DNA of 64,000 nucleotides from Dehalococcoidia bacterium (GTDB lineage: Bacteria > Chloroflexota > Dehalococcoidia > Bin125). Position numbers and translations under genes: made by a program. Location: assembly GCA_963555985.3 (NCBI GenBank), contig OY820591.1, positions 416,001-480,000 of the forward strand. Direction: 5' to 3'. Of this stretch, positions 1 through 9,333 are shown in pieces (within the stretch, counting starts at the first letter, position 1; each line of letters opens with the position of its first letter). The notes under the pieces were generated by a model that saw nothing but the letters and a program-made list of their open reading frames with translations, did no database searches and was not told the origin of the DNA.

Positions 1-303
1 GACTGGCGAGCCATTCCCTTAGGCATCCCCGGCACCACCACCGATCCGTGGCTGCTCAACCTCAACTTCCCCTCCTTCCTCTCACAACAGCTCGTGCCTG
101 TCGCCACCATGGTCGGCCTGCCCGTCCTCTTCGTGCTCTTCTGCAAGCTGCTCGGCTGGATTCAGACCCGCCGCGACATCGCCCTGCTCATCTTCTCGGC
201 CTTCATCGGCGTCTACCTCACGACCACCATCGTCGGTACTGCCTTCCGCGGTCAGGGCCAGGACCTCAAGCCGCCCTGGGACATCGTGGTGTTGGAGGAG
301 TAA
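1..303 (+). CDS. Cytochrome b/b6 subunit-IV-like membrane protein of a menaquinol:cytochrome c reductase cluster (5' truncated)
   Basis: Frame 1 is open from base 1; hydrophobic helices end in TIVGTAFRGQG..PW; lies directly upstream of a Rieske gene. Confidence 0.65.
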   Translation, partial: DWRAIPLGIPGTTTDPWLLNLNFPSFLSQQLVPVATMVGLPVLFVLFCKLLGWIQTRRDIALLIFSAFIGVYLTTTIVGTAFRGQGQDLKPPWDIVVLEE

Positions 304-306
304 CAG

Positions 307-1038
307 GTGGCCAACGGATCAGATCAGTCCACGGGTGAAGGCGGACGCCAGCGCCGCCTGCCGGCCGCATCGGAGCCCTCCGGCGGCTCGCGCCCGCAAC
401 GCGCTCCGCATCTCGCCTCCACCGCCCGCCGCGGCGTGGTCGAAGCAGGCGCAGGCGAACGCGCGATCGTCACGCGCGCCCAGCGTCGTCGCGCCCGCCA
501 GGGACAGGTCAGCCGGCGCCAACTCCTGCGCGTCTCCTTCTGGGGCTTCTTCACCTTCGGCCTCACCGGTGGACTCGGCGCCTTCCTCTCCAACTTCTGG
601 CCACGCAACGTCACCGGCTTCGGCGGCAAGATCTCCGTCGCCGCCTCCGATGTCCCCGCCGCCGGCGACAACCCCGAACCGATCCAGATCGGCAAGTTCT
701 ACCTCGCCCACCTCCGCGCCGGCGAAGGTACCCACGCCGGCTTCGGCGAAGAAGGCGACGAGGGCCTGCTCGCGCTCTGGTGGAAGTGCCCCCATCTCGG
801 TTGCACCATCCCCTGGCGGCCGGGCTTCCCCTTCGAGGGCGTCACCGGCTGGTTCCGCTGCCCCTGTCACGGCTCCACCTACACCCGCGGCGGCATCCGC
901 GTCTTCGGACCCGCCCCGCGACCGATGGACACGATGGACATCACCGTCAACAACGACGGCTCGCTCAGCGTCGACACCGGCAAAATCACCAAGGGCGGCC
1001 AGGACAACCCCAAGCGCACCACGAGCTACAACGTCTGA
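307..1038 (+). CDS. qcrA: Rieske 2Fe-2S subunit of cytochrome bc complex
   Basis: CPHLGC and CPCHGS Rieske boxes, GPAPRP motif, Tat motif SRRQLL followed by a TM helix. Confidence 0.92.
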   Translation: MANGSDQSTGEGGRQRRLPAASEPSGGSRPQRAPHLASTARRGVVEAGAGERAIVTRAQRRRARQGQVSRRQLLRVSFWGFFTFGLTGGLGAFLSNFWPRNVTGFGGKISVAASDVPAAGDNPEPIQIGKFYLAHLRAGEGTHAGFGEEGDEGLLALWWKCPHLGCTIPWRPGFPFEGVTGWFRCPCHGSTYTRGGIRVFGPAPRPMDTMDITVNNDGSLSVDTGKITKGGQDNPKRTTSYNV

Positions 1039-1101
1039 TCCGGCGCAACTGCCGGAACCAACCCAACCGCCAGCGACAGCAAAGGCAGTGGACATTCAGC
1101 C

Positions 1102-2166
1102 ATGACCGGACAGAACACCGAAAAGCAGATTCTTGCGATGGTGATCCTGCTCGTATTGTCCGTCGCCTCCCTGGGCGCATATACCTGGTTCGACAACGGA
1201 CGCCGCACCGAAGCCATCTCCGAGGTCTACGAGCGCGACGCCGAGCGCGGCGCCCACATCTTCGCCCGCAACTGCCGCGTCTGCCACGGCAACGACGGCC
1301 GCGGCTCCGAATCCGACTCCTCCCTCGTCGGCCTCGCCCTCAACAAGCCCTCCAACACCTACGCCTGGCGCACTGACAACGAGGGTCAGCTCCTCACCAT
1401 CCAGAACCGCTTCCGCTACACCATCGCCTGCGGTCGCAACGGCACGCCGATGCCGCCCTGGTCGCTCGAACAGGGCGGCTCGCTCGACGACTTCAAGATC
1501 GACAACCTCGTCACCCTGATCACGACCAACGCCGGCGACGCCTGGCACGTCGCGATCGAAGCCGCCAAGCACGAGGACGAAATCAACATCGACAACCTCC
1601 ACATCGCCCTCGACGCCGCGACCGAGACGATGAACAAGTCCGGGTTCTTCCCCTCCGCCCGCGACGCCGAGGATGCCGTCAGAGTCTTCGAGGCGCGCGA
1701 CGATGAGCTCAACGCTCTCCGCGTCGCCGTCGCTGAGGCGGAAGAGTCGGGCGAAGGCCTGGAAGAGGCGGAAGCAGCTCTCGCTGAATACGAGAAGCAG
1801 TACGGCGACCTCGTGCTCGCCGCAGTCGCCGTACGCACCTCATCCGCTCTCTCAGAACGCAACGCCGCCCAGACCCTGCTCAATTCCGCCTCCCGCGTCC
1901 AGCGCGACGTCGCCGAGAAGCGCGCCTGGCTCAAGATCGCCGGTGAGTTCGAAACCGCCCGCAGCAACGTCGAAACCGCCGAAGAACGATTCGCCCAGGG
2001 CCTCCCGATCGACCAGCCCCCCGCCCAAGTCACCGCCTCCACCTGCGGACAAGTCCACGACTTCAGCCAGTTCGACCTCTCCGACATCCCCGAACTCTCG
2101 ACCGGTCAGGTCGGCGCAAACATCGGTGCGTGGCTGACCACCCTGCCTGAAGGCGACGACAGCTAG
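1102..2166 (+). CDS. Membrane-anchored monoheme cytochrome c with a long helical insertion
   Basis: N-terminal TM helix, CRVCH heme motif, PMPPW distal Met region. Confidence 0.88.
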   Translation: MTGQNTEKQILAMVILLVLSVASLGAYTWFDNGRRTEAISEVYERDAERGAHIFARNCRVCHGNDGRGSESDSSLVGLALNKPSNTYAWRTDNEGQLLTIQNRFRYTIACGRNGTPMPPWSLEQGGSLDDFKIDNLVTLITTNAGDAWHVAIEAAKHEDEINIDNLHIALDAATETMNKSGFFPSARDAEDAVRVFEARDDELNALRVAVAEAEESGEGLEEAEAALAEYEKQYGDLVLAAVAVRTSSALSERNAAQTLLNSASRVQRDVAEKRAWLKIAGEFETARSNVETAEERFAQGLPIDQPPAQVTASTCGQVHDFSQFDLSDIPELSTGQVGANIGAWLTTLPEGDDS

Positions 2167-2259
2167 ACGACCCAGCCCCGCTCGCAAGTCTGCCTTACCC
2201 CTAACCCACCGTTCACGTATTCTGAGCGTCTAGGCCCGCTCAGTGAGGAGATATCCAAG

Positions 2260-2379
2260 ATGGCAGCCCAAACCGGCAAGCGTTACTTCTGTCCCAGCTG
2301 CGGCGCGGAGTTCATCGTCACCCGCGGCGGCGAGGCCGACCTCAAGTGCGGCGACACCCCCCTCGAACAAAAGAAGTAA
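2260..2379 (+). CDS. 39-aa desulforedoxin/zinc-ribbon-like microprotein (absent from ORF track)
   Basis: GAGGAG RBS then ATG; MAAQTGKRYFCPSCGAEFIVTRGGEADLKCGDTPLEQKK*, with CxxC plus a later Cys. Confidence 0.8.
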   Translation: MAAQTGKRYFCPSCGAEFIVTRGGEADLKCGDTPLEQKK

Positions 2380-2425
2380 CCACGCCCGGACCGAACCACG
2401 CTCCCAAGCTTCCAGGAGACCCCAG

Positions 2426-2569
2426 ATGGCAGTCCAACTCGGCAAGCGCTACCGCGACGAACAAACCGGCATCGAAGTCCTCTGCATCAAGCCCGGCGAG
2501 TGCGACCTCAAGGTCGACGAGCGCGAGATGGAACTGATGCAGCCCAAAGTCCTCCCCTCCGCCGACTAG
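2426..2569 (+). CDS. 47-aa microprotein, paralogue of the preceding ORF
   Basis: AGGAG RBS then ATG; MAVQLGKRYRDEQTGIEVLCIKPGECDLKVDEREMELMQPKVLPSAD*; shares the GKRY..G.E....G..DLK pattern. Confidence 0.8.
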   Translation: MAVQLGKRYRDEQTGIEVLCIKPGECDLKVDEREMELMQPKVLPSAD

Positions 2570-2605
2570 CTGCGATCCGCCCACAGCCCTAGCCGGCCGC
2601 CGCTC

Positions 2606-3082
2606 ATGCCCGACACGCTTCGAGACCGCCTCCGCAACGACCTCCGCGACGCCATGCGCGCGCGCGACGCTCTGCGCCGCAACACCATCCGGATGCTCGA
2701 AGCCGCGATCAAGAACGCCGAAATCGAACGCCGCCAGAAGAACACCGATCTCGCCGAAGCCGACGTCCTCGCCATCCTCCAACGCCAGGTCAAACAGCGC
2801 CGCGACTCAATCGAGCAGTTCGAGCAGGGCGGACGCGACGACCTTGCCGAGAAGGAACGCGCCGAGATCGCCGTGATCGAGACCTACCTGCCCCAACAAC
2901 TCTCGCGCGAGCAGGTGCTCGAGCGCGCCCGCGCCGTCGCCGAACAGGTCGGCGCGAGCGGCCCCGGCGATCGTGGCAAGGTCATGGGCCCGCTCATGCG
3001 CGAACTGCGCGGAATCGCCGATGGCGCAATGGTCAACGCGGTCGTCGGCGAGTTGCTGGCCGAACTCGCTCAGGCGGAATGA
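2606..3082 (+). CDS. yqeY: GatB/YqeY domain protein
   Basis: L..DL..AMRARD, KQRRDSIEQF..GGR.DLAEKE, YLPQQLS and GKVMG motifs. Confidence 0.92.
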   Translation: MPDTLRDRLRNDLRDAMRARDALRRNTIRMLEAAIKNAEIERRQKNTDLAEADVLAILQRQVKQRRDSIEQFEQGGRDDLAEKERAEIAVIETYLPQQLSREQVLERARAVAEQVGASGPGDRGKVMGPLMRELRGIADGAMVNAVVGELLAELAQAE

Positions 3083-3192
3083 CGCGCCGCGCAGCCAGAC
3101 CCGCCTCCTATCTGGTCTGTATGATGAATTCTGCCTGAACGCGCCTGCTCGCGTGCCCAAACGATCCCCGCACGCGAGCCGACCCAGGCGGA

Positions 3193-5424
3193 ATGACCAT
3201 GGTCCGACCGACATACTTCACCGCCTGGCGAGTCGGTATCTTCGCAATTGCCCTCGCGATCGGGATCGTCCTCGCGCTCACGCCCTTCCGCCGCGCCGAA
3301 CAGTTCCCCGCGTTCGGAGCCGAGGCCGAGCGCGATGTCGTCGCCGGACACGACGTCACCTTTCGCAGCCCCACCCTGACCGAAGAAGCGCGCACTGAGG
3401 CGCGGGAGCGCGCCGAACCCCAATTCGCCTACGACACCGGCGTCCGTTCCTCCCAACTCGAAGCCTTGCGGCGCTATCTCACCGATGTCATCGCCGCCCG
3501 CGCCGCCCTAGAATCCACGCTCGCAGCCGAATCGGGCGCGACCGCAGAACCGGACGCCGCCGCTGAGACGGACACGTCCGAAACCCAGGCCGCAACCGAT
3601 ACCGCGACCCCGGCCGCTGCTCCGCCTGCCCCGCTCGCCAACTCCCGCCTCTCGATCCGCGACGAGCAACAACTCATCGCAATCGAGCGCCCCCGCTTCG
3701 TCGTCATCCACGAAGAATCGCTGCGTACCCTCGACCTCCTGCTCCAGCGGGAGCTCTATCCGCTCGATGTCGAGAGCCTGCGCCTGCGCCTCAACGACCA
3801 ACTCAGCCCGCAACTTCCCTTCACCGAGTCAGCCCTGGTCGCCACGTTGGTCGGAGCCTACCTGCGCCCGACCATGGCCGAAGACGCGATCCTCACCGAG
3901 GCTGCCCGCGATCGCGCCGCCGACGCGGTTCCCTCGGTCTCGCGCAGCTTGGTGGAGGGCGAGCTTGTCGTCGAACGCGGTCAGATCGTCGATCCGCTCG
4001 CAGCCGAGGCGCTCGCAGCGTTAACCCCAGACAGCGGCGGGATCGAGCTAGAGTCGCTCGGCGCAGTCGTCATCCTCGGACTCGCCGCCGCAACCGCCTT
4101 CGGTCTCTATCTCTATCTCGGCCGCCCCCAGGCCGTGGCCAGCGATCGACGCTTGATCCTGCTCGCCTTCCTCGTCCTCCTCTCCGTCATCGCCGCTCGC
4201 GCCTGGTTCGAGTTCGCCCTCCCCGACGGACGTGGGCAGTCGCTCGATCTGATGATCCCGCTGGCGGCCGGAGCCGTCTTGGTCGCCGCCCTGCTCAGTA
4301 CCGCACTCGGCGTCATGACCGGCGTGCTGATCGCCGCCCTCGCCGGTTTCGCCGCCATCGCGCTCCCCAACTACCCTCTGGATCCCATCGGACCGCAAGC
4401 CCTCCGCCCCTTCGCCTTCTTCCTCGTCAGCAGCCTCGGCGGCGTCCTCGTCGCCGCCCGCGCTCAGGCCCTCGCTCAGTACGGACTGGCCGGCCTCGCC
4501 GCCGGGACCACCGGGTTTCTCGTCGGCGCCGCCTTCTGGCTGCTCGATCCCGACCGCGCCACCGACCAGCTCGGTTGGCTCGCTCTGGCCGCGATCGTCA
4601 CCGCCGCCGGAGCAGCCGTGATCATCATCGGAGCCTTCTCCCTGCTCGGAGCGCTCTTCGGCATCACGACCCCGATGCGCCTGCTCGAACTCGCGCAGCT
4701 GCAACGACCGCTCCTGCGCCGGCTGCAAGATGAAGCGCCCGGCACCTTCCACCATTCCCTCCTGGTCGCCACGCTCGCCGAGCGCGCCGCCGCCCAGATC
4801 GGCGCCGACGCGCTCCTCGTCCGCGTCGGCGCCTACTACCACGACATCGGCAAGCTCCACCATCCCGCCATGTTCATCGAAAACCAGGGCGAGAGCGGCA
4901 ATCCCCACGAAGACCTGAACCCCAGAGACAGCGCGCAGGTGATCATCGCCCATGTCCACGAGGGCGACATGCTCGCCAGGCGCGGCCGCCTCCCGCTCGC
5001 AATCCGCGACTTCATCAACGAACACCACGGCTCCCGCCGCGTCACCTACTTCTACCGCAAGGCCGCCCTGGCCGATCCACGCACCGATCCCACCTGGTAC
5101 ACCTACGCCGGACCGCCCCCCCAGTCCCGCGAAACCGCCATCGTCATGCTCGCCGACAGCTGCGAAGCCGTCGTCCGCGCCAGCCGCGAACAAGACCCCC
5201 AAACCATCAGCCTGCTCGTAGACAGCGTGATCGACGAGCGCCTGCGCGAACGCCAACTCGACGAATGCGACCTCACCCTCCGAGAACTCCAACAAATCAG
5301 CGCCAGCTTCAAACAAACCCTCAACGGAGTCCACCACCAGAGAATCGAATACCCCCCAGCCAGCGAAGCCGAGCGCCGCGAACAAACCACCCGAGCCGCC
5401 CCCGCCCCCACGCCCCCGTCATAA
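3193..5424 (+). CDS. 7TM-HD (HDIG) phosphohydrolase, PgpH/YqfF-like cyclic-dinucleotide phosphodiesterase
   Basis: Extracellular domain, about 7 TM helices, APGTFHHS, YYHDIGK, EHHG and MLADS motifs. Confidence 0.9.
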   Translation: MTMVRPTYFTAWRVGIFAIALAIGIVLALTPFRRAEQFPAFGAEAERDVVAGHDVTFRSPTLTEEARTEARERAEPQFAYDTGVRSSQLEALRRYLTDVIAARAALESTLAAESGATAEPDAAAETDTSETQAATDTATPAAAPPAPLANSRLSIRDEQQLIAIERPRFVVIHEESLRTLDLLLQRELYPLDVESLRLRLNDQLSPQLPFTESALVATLVGAYLRPTMAEDAILTEAARDRAADAVPSVSRSLVEGELVVERGQIVDPLAAEALAALTPDSGGIELESLGAVVILGLAAATAFGLYLYLGRPQAVASDRRLILLAFLVLLSVIAARAWFEFALPDGRGQSLDLMIPLAAGAVLVAALLSTALGVMTGVLIAALAGFAAIALPNYPLDPIGPQALRPFAFFLVSSLGGVLVAARAQALAQYGLAGLAAGTTGFLVGAAFWLLDPDRATDQLGWLALAAIVTAAGAAVIIIGAFSLLGALFGITTPMRLLELAQLQRPLLRRLQDEAPGTFHHSLLVATLAERAAAQIGADALLVRVGAYYHDIGKLHHPAMFIENQGESGNPHEDLNPRDSAQVIIAHVHEGDMLARRGRLPLAIRDFINEHHGSRRVTYFYRKAALADPRTDPTWYTYAGPPPQSRETAIVMLADSCEAVVRASREQDPQTISLLVDSVIDERLRERQLDECDLTLRELQQISASFKQTLNGVHHQRIEYPPASEAERREQTTRAAPAPTPPS

Positions 5425-5477
5425 CCCACCCGTCATCCCCACTCCCAACCAGCTCCGTCATACCTGCACCCAGAAAT

Positions 5478-5510
5478 CCGTCATACCCGCGCTCCGCCGC
5501 GGGTATCTCG
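5478..5510. repeat. REP-like palindrome, family A (CCGTC-AT-stem/loop/stem-AT-CTCG), with decayed CCGTCAT copies at 5416, 5429 and 5455
   Basis: ccgtcATACCCGCGctccgcCGCGGGTATctcg. Confidence 0.8.
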
Positions 5511-5555
5511 ATGTGAGCACTACCAACCTCCAACCCTCACCCCACCTCCCCAAAA

Positions 5556-5611
5556 TCTCCCCCTCAAGGGGGAGATGCCCCAGAGGGGCAGAGGGGGTGA
5601 AACGCCACATC
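5556..5611. repeat. REP-like double hairpin, family B
   Basis: tctccccctcaagggggaga-tgccccagaggggca-gagggggtgaaacgccacatc; related copies at 26758, 28210 and 28296. Confidence 0.8.
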
Positions 5612-5720
5612 AAACCCCCAACGACAACCACAACACACCCAACCAGTTTGCAACCCGAACATCAGAACATATAAACTCACCTATCCAAAACACAGGTTCC
5701 CAAGAAAGGAACGCCCCGCC

Positions 5721-6089
5721 ATGCCCTTCGACTACACCTACCAATCCTCCATGACCGGCGTCGGCCAACTCGCACACTCCAACGAAGCCGGCCACGTCCG
5801 CATCAAAGCGCTCGCCATCCTCATCCGCGAACTCTCCCCCTCCAACTCCAAGACCCGAGAGATCCACCACGCGCTCGACCTCGAACCCCACCCCGAACCC
5901 GCGCCCAAGCCCAAACCCAACCACTCCCCCCGCCTGCCCGAAGCCCCGCTCACTCCCGAGCAGAAGAAGGACTTCCACCTCCACCCGATGTTCGAGATCT
6001 ACGACGAAGTCGTCGCCTTCATGCGCGGCGAAGACGTCCCTTTGAGCGAGGACGAGCAAAGCGCCGAAGAAGAGGAAGAGCCGCAGTAA
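5721..6089 (+). CDS. Hypothetical 122-aa protein with Pro-rich middle and acidic tail (cassette copy 1)
   Basis: GAAAGGA RBS; close paralogue at 27745-28101 with the reading frame conserved. Confidence 0.75.
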   Translation: MPFDYTYQSSMTGVGQLAHSNEAGHVRIKALAILIRELSPSNSKTREIHHALDLEPHPEPAPKPKPNHSPRLPEAPLTPEQKKDFHLHPMFEIYDEVVAFMRGEDVPLSEDEQSAEEEEEPQ

Positions 6090-6254
6090 TCCCCCGACCG
6101 CAAGCGGCGACCCCCTCGTTTTTTTCTCACAGCCCCCGTCAGGCCGCGAACCGCGACCGTCCAGTCCCTACCGTGCCCGCACCCCCAATCAGCCCCTGAC
6201 ACAATGCTCCGATAGCATCTAATCGAGACCCCAACGACCAAGCCGGAGTCCCCC

Positions 6255-6917
6255 GTGCGCTTCGCTGTCCTCGTCTTCCCCGGCACCTGGAGCGACCACG
6301 ACTGCGTCCACGCCCTCCAAGACCTCGGCCAAACCGCCGAGCGCGTCTGGCACCGCGAATCCAACCTCGACCGCTACGACGGCGTCATCCTCCCTGGAGG
6401 CTTCTCCTACGGCGACCACCTCCGCTGTGGAGCCATCGCCCGCTTCTCCCCCGTCATGCTCGCCCTCGAACGCTTCGCCCAATCAGGACGCCCCGTCTTC
6501 GGCTCCTGCAACGGCTTCCAAATCCTCTGCGAAGCCGGACTCCTCCCCGGCGCGCTCATCCGCAACGCCTCCCTCCAGTTCCGCTGCCAACCGCAAATGC
6601 TCCGTGTCGAACACGCCGACAGCGGCTTCACCAGCGCCTGCGAAGACGGACAACTCCTCCAACTCCCCATCTCCCACGGCGAGGGCCAATACCACGCAAC
6701 ACCCGAAGTCCTCGACGAACTCGAAGACGCCGGCCGCGTCCTCTTCCGCTACCACGGCGAGAACCCCAACGGCTCCCTCCGCGACATCGCCGGCATCCTC
6801 AACCCCCAGGGCAACATCCTCGGCATGATGCCCCACCCCGAACGAGCCTCCGACTCCCTCCTCGGCGGTACCGACGGCAACTACATCTGGCGCTCCATGA
6901 TCGAACGCTGGAGCTAA
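6255..6917 (+). CDS. purQ: Phosphoribosylformylglycinamidine synthase, glutaminase subunit
   Basis: LPGGFSYGD, GSCNGFQ, SHGEG and MMPHPER motifs. Confidence 0.96.
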   Translation: MRFAVLVFPGTWSDHDCVHALQDLGQTAERVWHRESNLDRYDGVILPGGFSYGDHLRCGAIARFSPVMLALERFAQSGRPVFGSCNGFQILCEAGLLPGALIRNASLQFRCQPQMLRVEHADSGFTSACEDGQLLQLPISHGEGQYHATPEVLDELEDAGRVLFRYHGENPNGSLRDIAGILNPQGNILGMMPHPERASDSLLGGTDGNYIWRSMIERWS

Positions 6918-6919
6918 AT

Positions 6920-6948
6920 CCGTCATTCCCGCGAAGGCGGGAATCTCG
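6920..6948. repeat. REP-like palindrome, family A
   Basis: ccgtcATTCCCGCgaagGCGGGAATctcg between purQ and purL. Confidence 0.8.
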
Positions 6949-7030
6949 AACCTCCCACTTCGCTCACGGCACAACCTGCGACGTACTCCTCAGCTCAGTT
7001 TGCACACACCCCGCACGAAACTACCCCGCC

Positions 7031-9292
7031 ATGCCCACCTACCCACCCCCTACGCACGCCCCGCCAGCACCCATCGACGACGGCATCCTCGCCCAGATCG
7101 CCCTCAGCCCCGACGAGTACGCCCGCGCCCGCAACATGCTCGGACGCGAACCGTCCGAGGTCGAACTTGGCATGATCGGCGCGCTCTGGAGCGAGCACTG
7201 CGGCTACAAACACTCCCGCCCTCTCTTCCACCACTTCCCCACCGAAGACGAACGCATCCTCACCAGCCTCGGCGAAGAGAACGCCGGAGCCATCGCCATC
7301 AGCGAGGGCTGGGTCGCGGTGATGAAGATCGAATCCCACAATCACCCCTCCGCAATCGAACCCTATGAAGGCGCAGCCACTGGCGTCGGCGGCATCGTCC
7401 GCGACATCTTCGCCATGGGCGCGCAACCGATCGCCCTGCTCGATTCGCTCCGCTTCGGCCCGCTCGATGATCCCGACGGAGGCCCCCGCAACCGCCGCCT
7501 CTGCACCGGCGTCGTCGCCGGCATCGGCGGCTACGGCAACTGCCTCGGCATCCCCACTATCGGCGGCGAACTCGTCTTCGGCGACTCCTACAGCGGCAAC
7601 CCTCTGGTTAACGCCATGTGCCTCGGCGTCGCCCCGCGCGGACAACTGATCTCCGCCACCGCTGGCCCGCCCGGTACCCGCCTCATGATCGTCGGCGCAG
7701 ACACCGGCCGCGACGGGCTGCACGGCGCCACCTTCGCCTCAGTCGAACTGGACGAATCCTCCGCCGAGCGCCGCCCAGCCGTCCAGGTGGGCAACCCCTT
7801 CCTCGAAAAGCTGCTCATGGACGCCTGCGTCGGACTCGTCCGCGACCACCGCGACTGGATCGAGGGACTCCAGGACTGCGGCGCAGCCGGCATTACCTCG
7901 TCCACCGTCGAAATGGCCGAGCGCGCCGGCGCGGGCATTCGCATCCAGACCGCCAACGTCCCCCGCCGCGAGACCGGCATGACCCCCTACGACGTAATGC
8001 TCTCCGAGTCGCAGGAGCGCATGATCGTCGCCGTCAAGCCCAATCACGTCCCCGATGTCGCCGAGTGGTTCGCCTACTGGGACCTCCACGCCGACGAGAT
8101 CGGCGAGGTCACCGACGACGGCATTGCCCGAGTCTTCGACGGCGACGCCGAAGTCGCCGCCATCCCGGTCGAACTCCTCACCACCCCGCCCGCCTATACG
8201 CCCGAAGCAATCCGCGACCCCGGTACCGCCCAACGAGCCGCCTTCGATCCAGCAACTCTCCCCGACCTCGAACCTGCCGAAGCGAACGACGCCCTGCTCC
8301 AACTCCTCGCCTCGCCCAACATCGCCTCCAAACGCTGGGTCTACCGCCAGTACGACCACCAGGTCGGTACCAACACCGTGATCACCCCCGGCTCCGACGC
8401 CGCCGTCCTGCGCCTGCGCGGACTCCAACAAGGACTCGCCCTCTGCACCGACGGCCCCGGTCGCGCCGTCGAGCTCGACCCCTACGCCGGTACCGCCCGC
8501 GCCGTCGCCGAAGCCGCTCGCAACGTCGCTTGCACCGGCGCACGCCCCGCCGCCGTCACCGACTGCCTCAACTTCGCCAACCCCGAACGTCCGCACATCT
8601 ACTACCAGCTGAGCCAGGCCATCCAGGGCATGGCCGACGCCTGCCGAGCCCTCGCTACCCCCGTCGTCAGCGGCAACGCCAGCCTCTACAACGAGTCCGA
8701 AGACGGCCCCGTCGCCCCAACCCCCGTCGTCGGAATGCTCGGCATCCTCAAAGATGTGCGCCAGGCACTCCCAATGGCTTTCCAGTCCGAAGGCGACGAA
8801 ATCTGGCTGCTAGGCGCAGACCTGGAGCAGCCAGCCGCAACGCTAGGCGGCAGCGAGTATCTGGCAGTCAGGCACGGTCTCGCAGCGGGGCCGATCACAG
8901 TCGATCTGAACGCCGAGCGAGCGCTGGTCGACACCCTCGTCGAAGCAGCCGAAGCCAACCTCCTCAAGTCAGCCCACGACTGCGCCGACGGAGGTCTGGC
9001 CGTCGCAATCGCCGAGTCCGCGATCGCAAGCGGAATCGGCGCAGAAGTGAAAGCAATCACCGGTCGTCTCGACGCAGCTCTCTTCGGCGAAGCCGGAGCG
9101 CGAGCAGTTGTGACTCTGGCGGCGGATCAAAGCGAAGCTCTGCGCCGGCTCGCAGCGCGGCATGGGCTAGGAGCCACACCGATCGGAACAGTTGGCGGAG
9201 ATCGTCTGCTGCTCGAAGGTTCGATCGACCTTCCCATCAACGCGATTGCAGAAGAATGGCAATCAGCTCTACCCAGACTGCTCGACGCCTAG
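7031..9292 (+). CDS. purL: Phosphoribosylformylglycinamidine synthase subunit PurL
   Basis: WSEHCGYK, KIESHNHPS, GAATGVGGIVRD, LSESQERM and DCLNFANPE motifs. Confidence 0.97.
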   Translation: MPTYPPPTHAPPAPIDDGILAQIALSPDEYARARNMLGREPSEVELGMIGALWSEHCGYKHSRPLFHHFPTEDERILTSLGEENAGAIAISEGWVAVMKIESHNHPSAIEPYEGAATGVGGIVRDIFAMGAQPIALLDSLRFGPLDDPDGGPRNRRLCTGVVAGIGGYGNCLGIPTIGGELVFGDSYSGNPLVNAMCLGVAPRGQLISATAGPPGTRLMIVGADTGRDGLHGATFASVELDESSAERRPAVQVGNPFLEKLLMDACVGLVRDHRDWIEGLQDCGAAGITSSTVEMAERAGAGIRIQTANVPRRETGMTPYDVMLSESQERMIVAVKPNHVPDVAEWFAYWDLHADEIGEVTDDGIARVFDGDAEVAAIPVELLTTPPAYTPEAIRDPGTAQRAAFDPATLPDLEPAEANDALLQLLASPNIASKRWVYRQYDHQVGTNTVITPGSDAAVLRLRGLQQGLALCTDGPGRAVELDPYAGTARAVAEAARNVACTGARPAAVTDCLNFANPERPHIYYQLSQAIQGMADACRALATPVVSGNASLYNESEDGPVAPTPVVGMLGILKDVRQALPMAFQSEGDEIWLLGADLEQPAATLGGSEYLAVRHGLAAGPITVDLNAERALVDTLVEAAEANLLKSAHDCADGGLAVAIAESAIASGIGAEVKAITGRLDAALFGEAGARAVVTLAADQSEALRRLAARHGLGATPIGTVGGDRLLLEGSIDLPINAIAEEWQSALPRLLDA

Positions 9293-9333
9293 CGGCCTGG
9301 CTAGACTGGCTGCACTGACACGGAGAGGCACAG

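Larger units (their letters stand above)
5540..6180 (+). repeat. Dispersed ~650-bp cassette, copy 1 (REP-B + leader + ORF + conserved 3' tail)
   Basis: Aligns by eye with the reverse complement of ~27654-28410, including non-coding flanks. Confidence 0.85.

Noticed and set aside
2243-2425. N-terminal part of the 108-aa ORF 2243-2569
   Set aside because: It overlaps the 39-aa microprotein in another frame; the RBS supports a start at 2426.
7618-9318. Long alternative-frame ORFs (also 4048-5385, 10254-11978, 19006-20205, 32140-33324, 60025-61641)
   Set aside because: Shadow ORFs of well-supported genes, expected in high-GC DNA.
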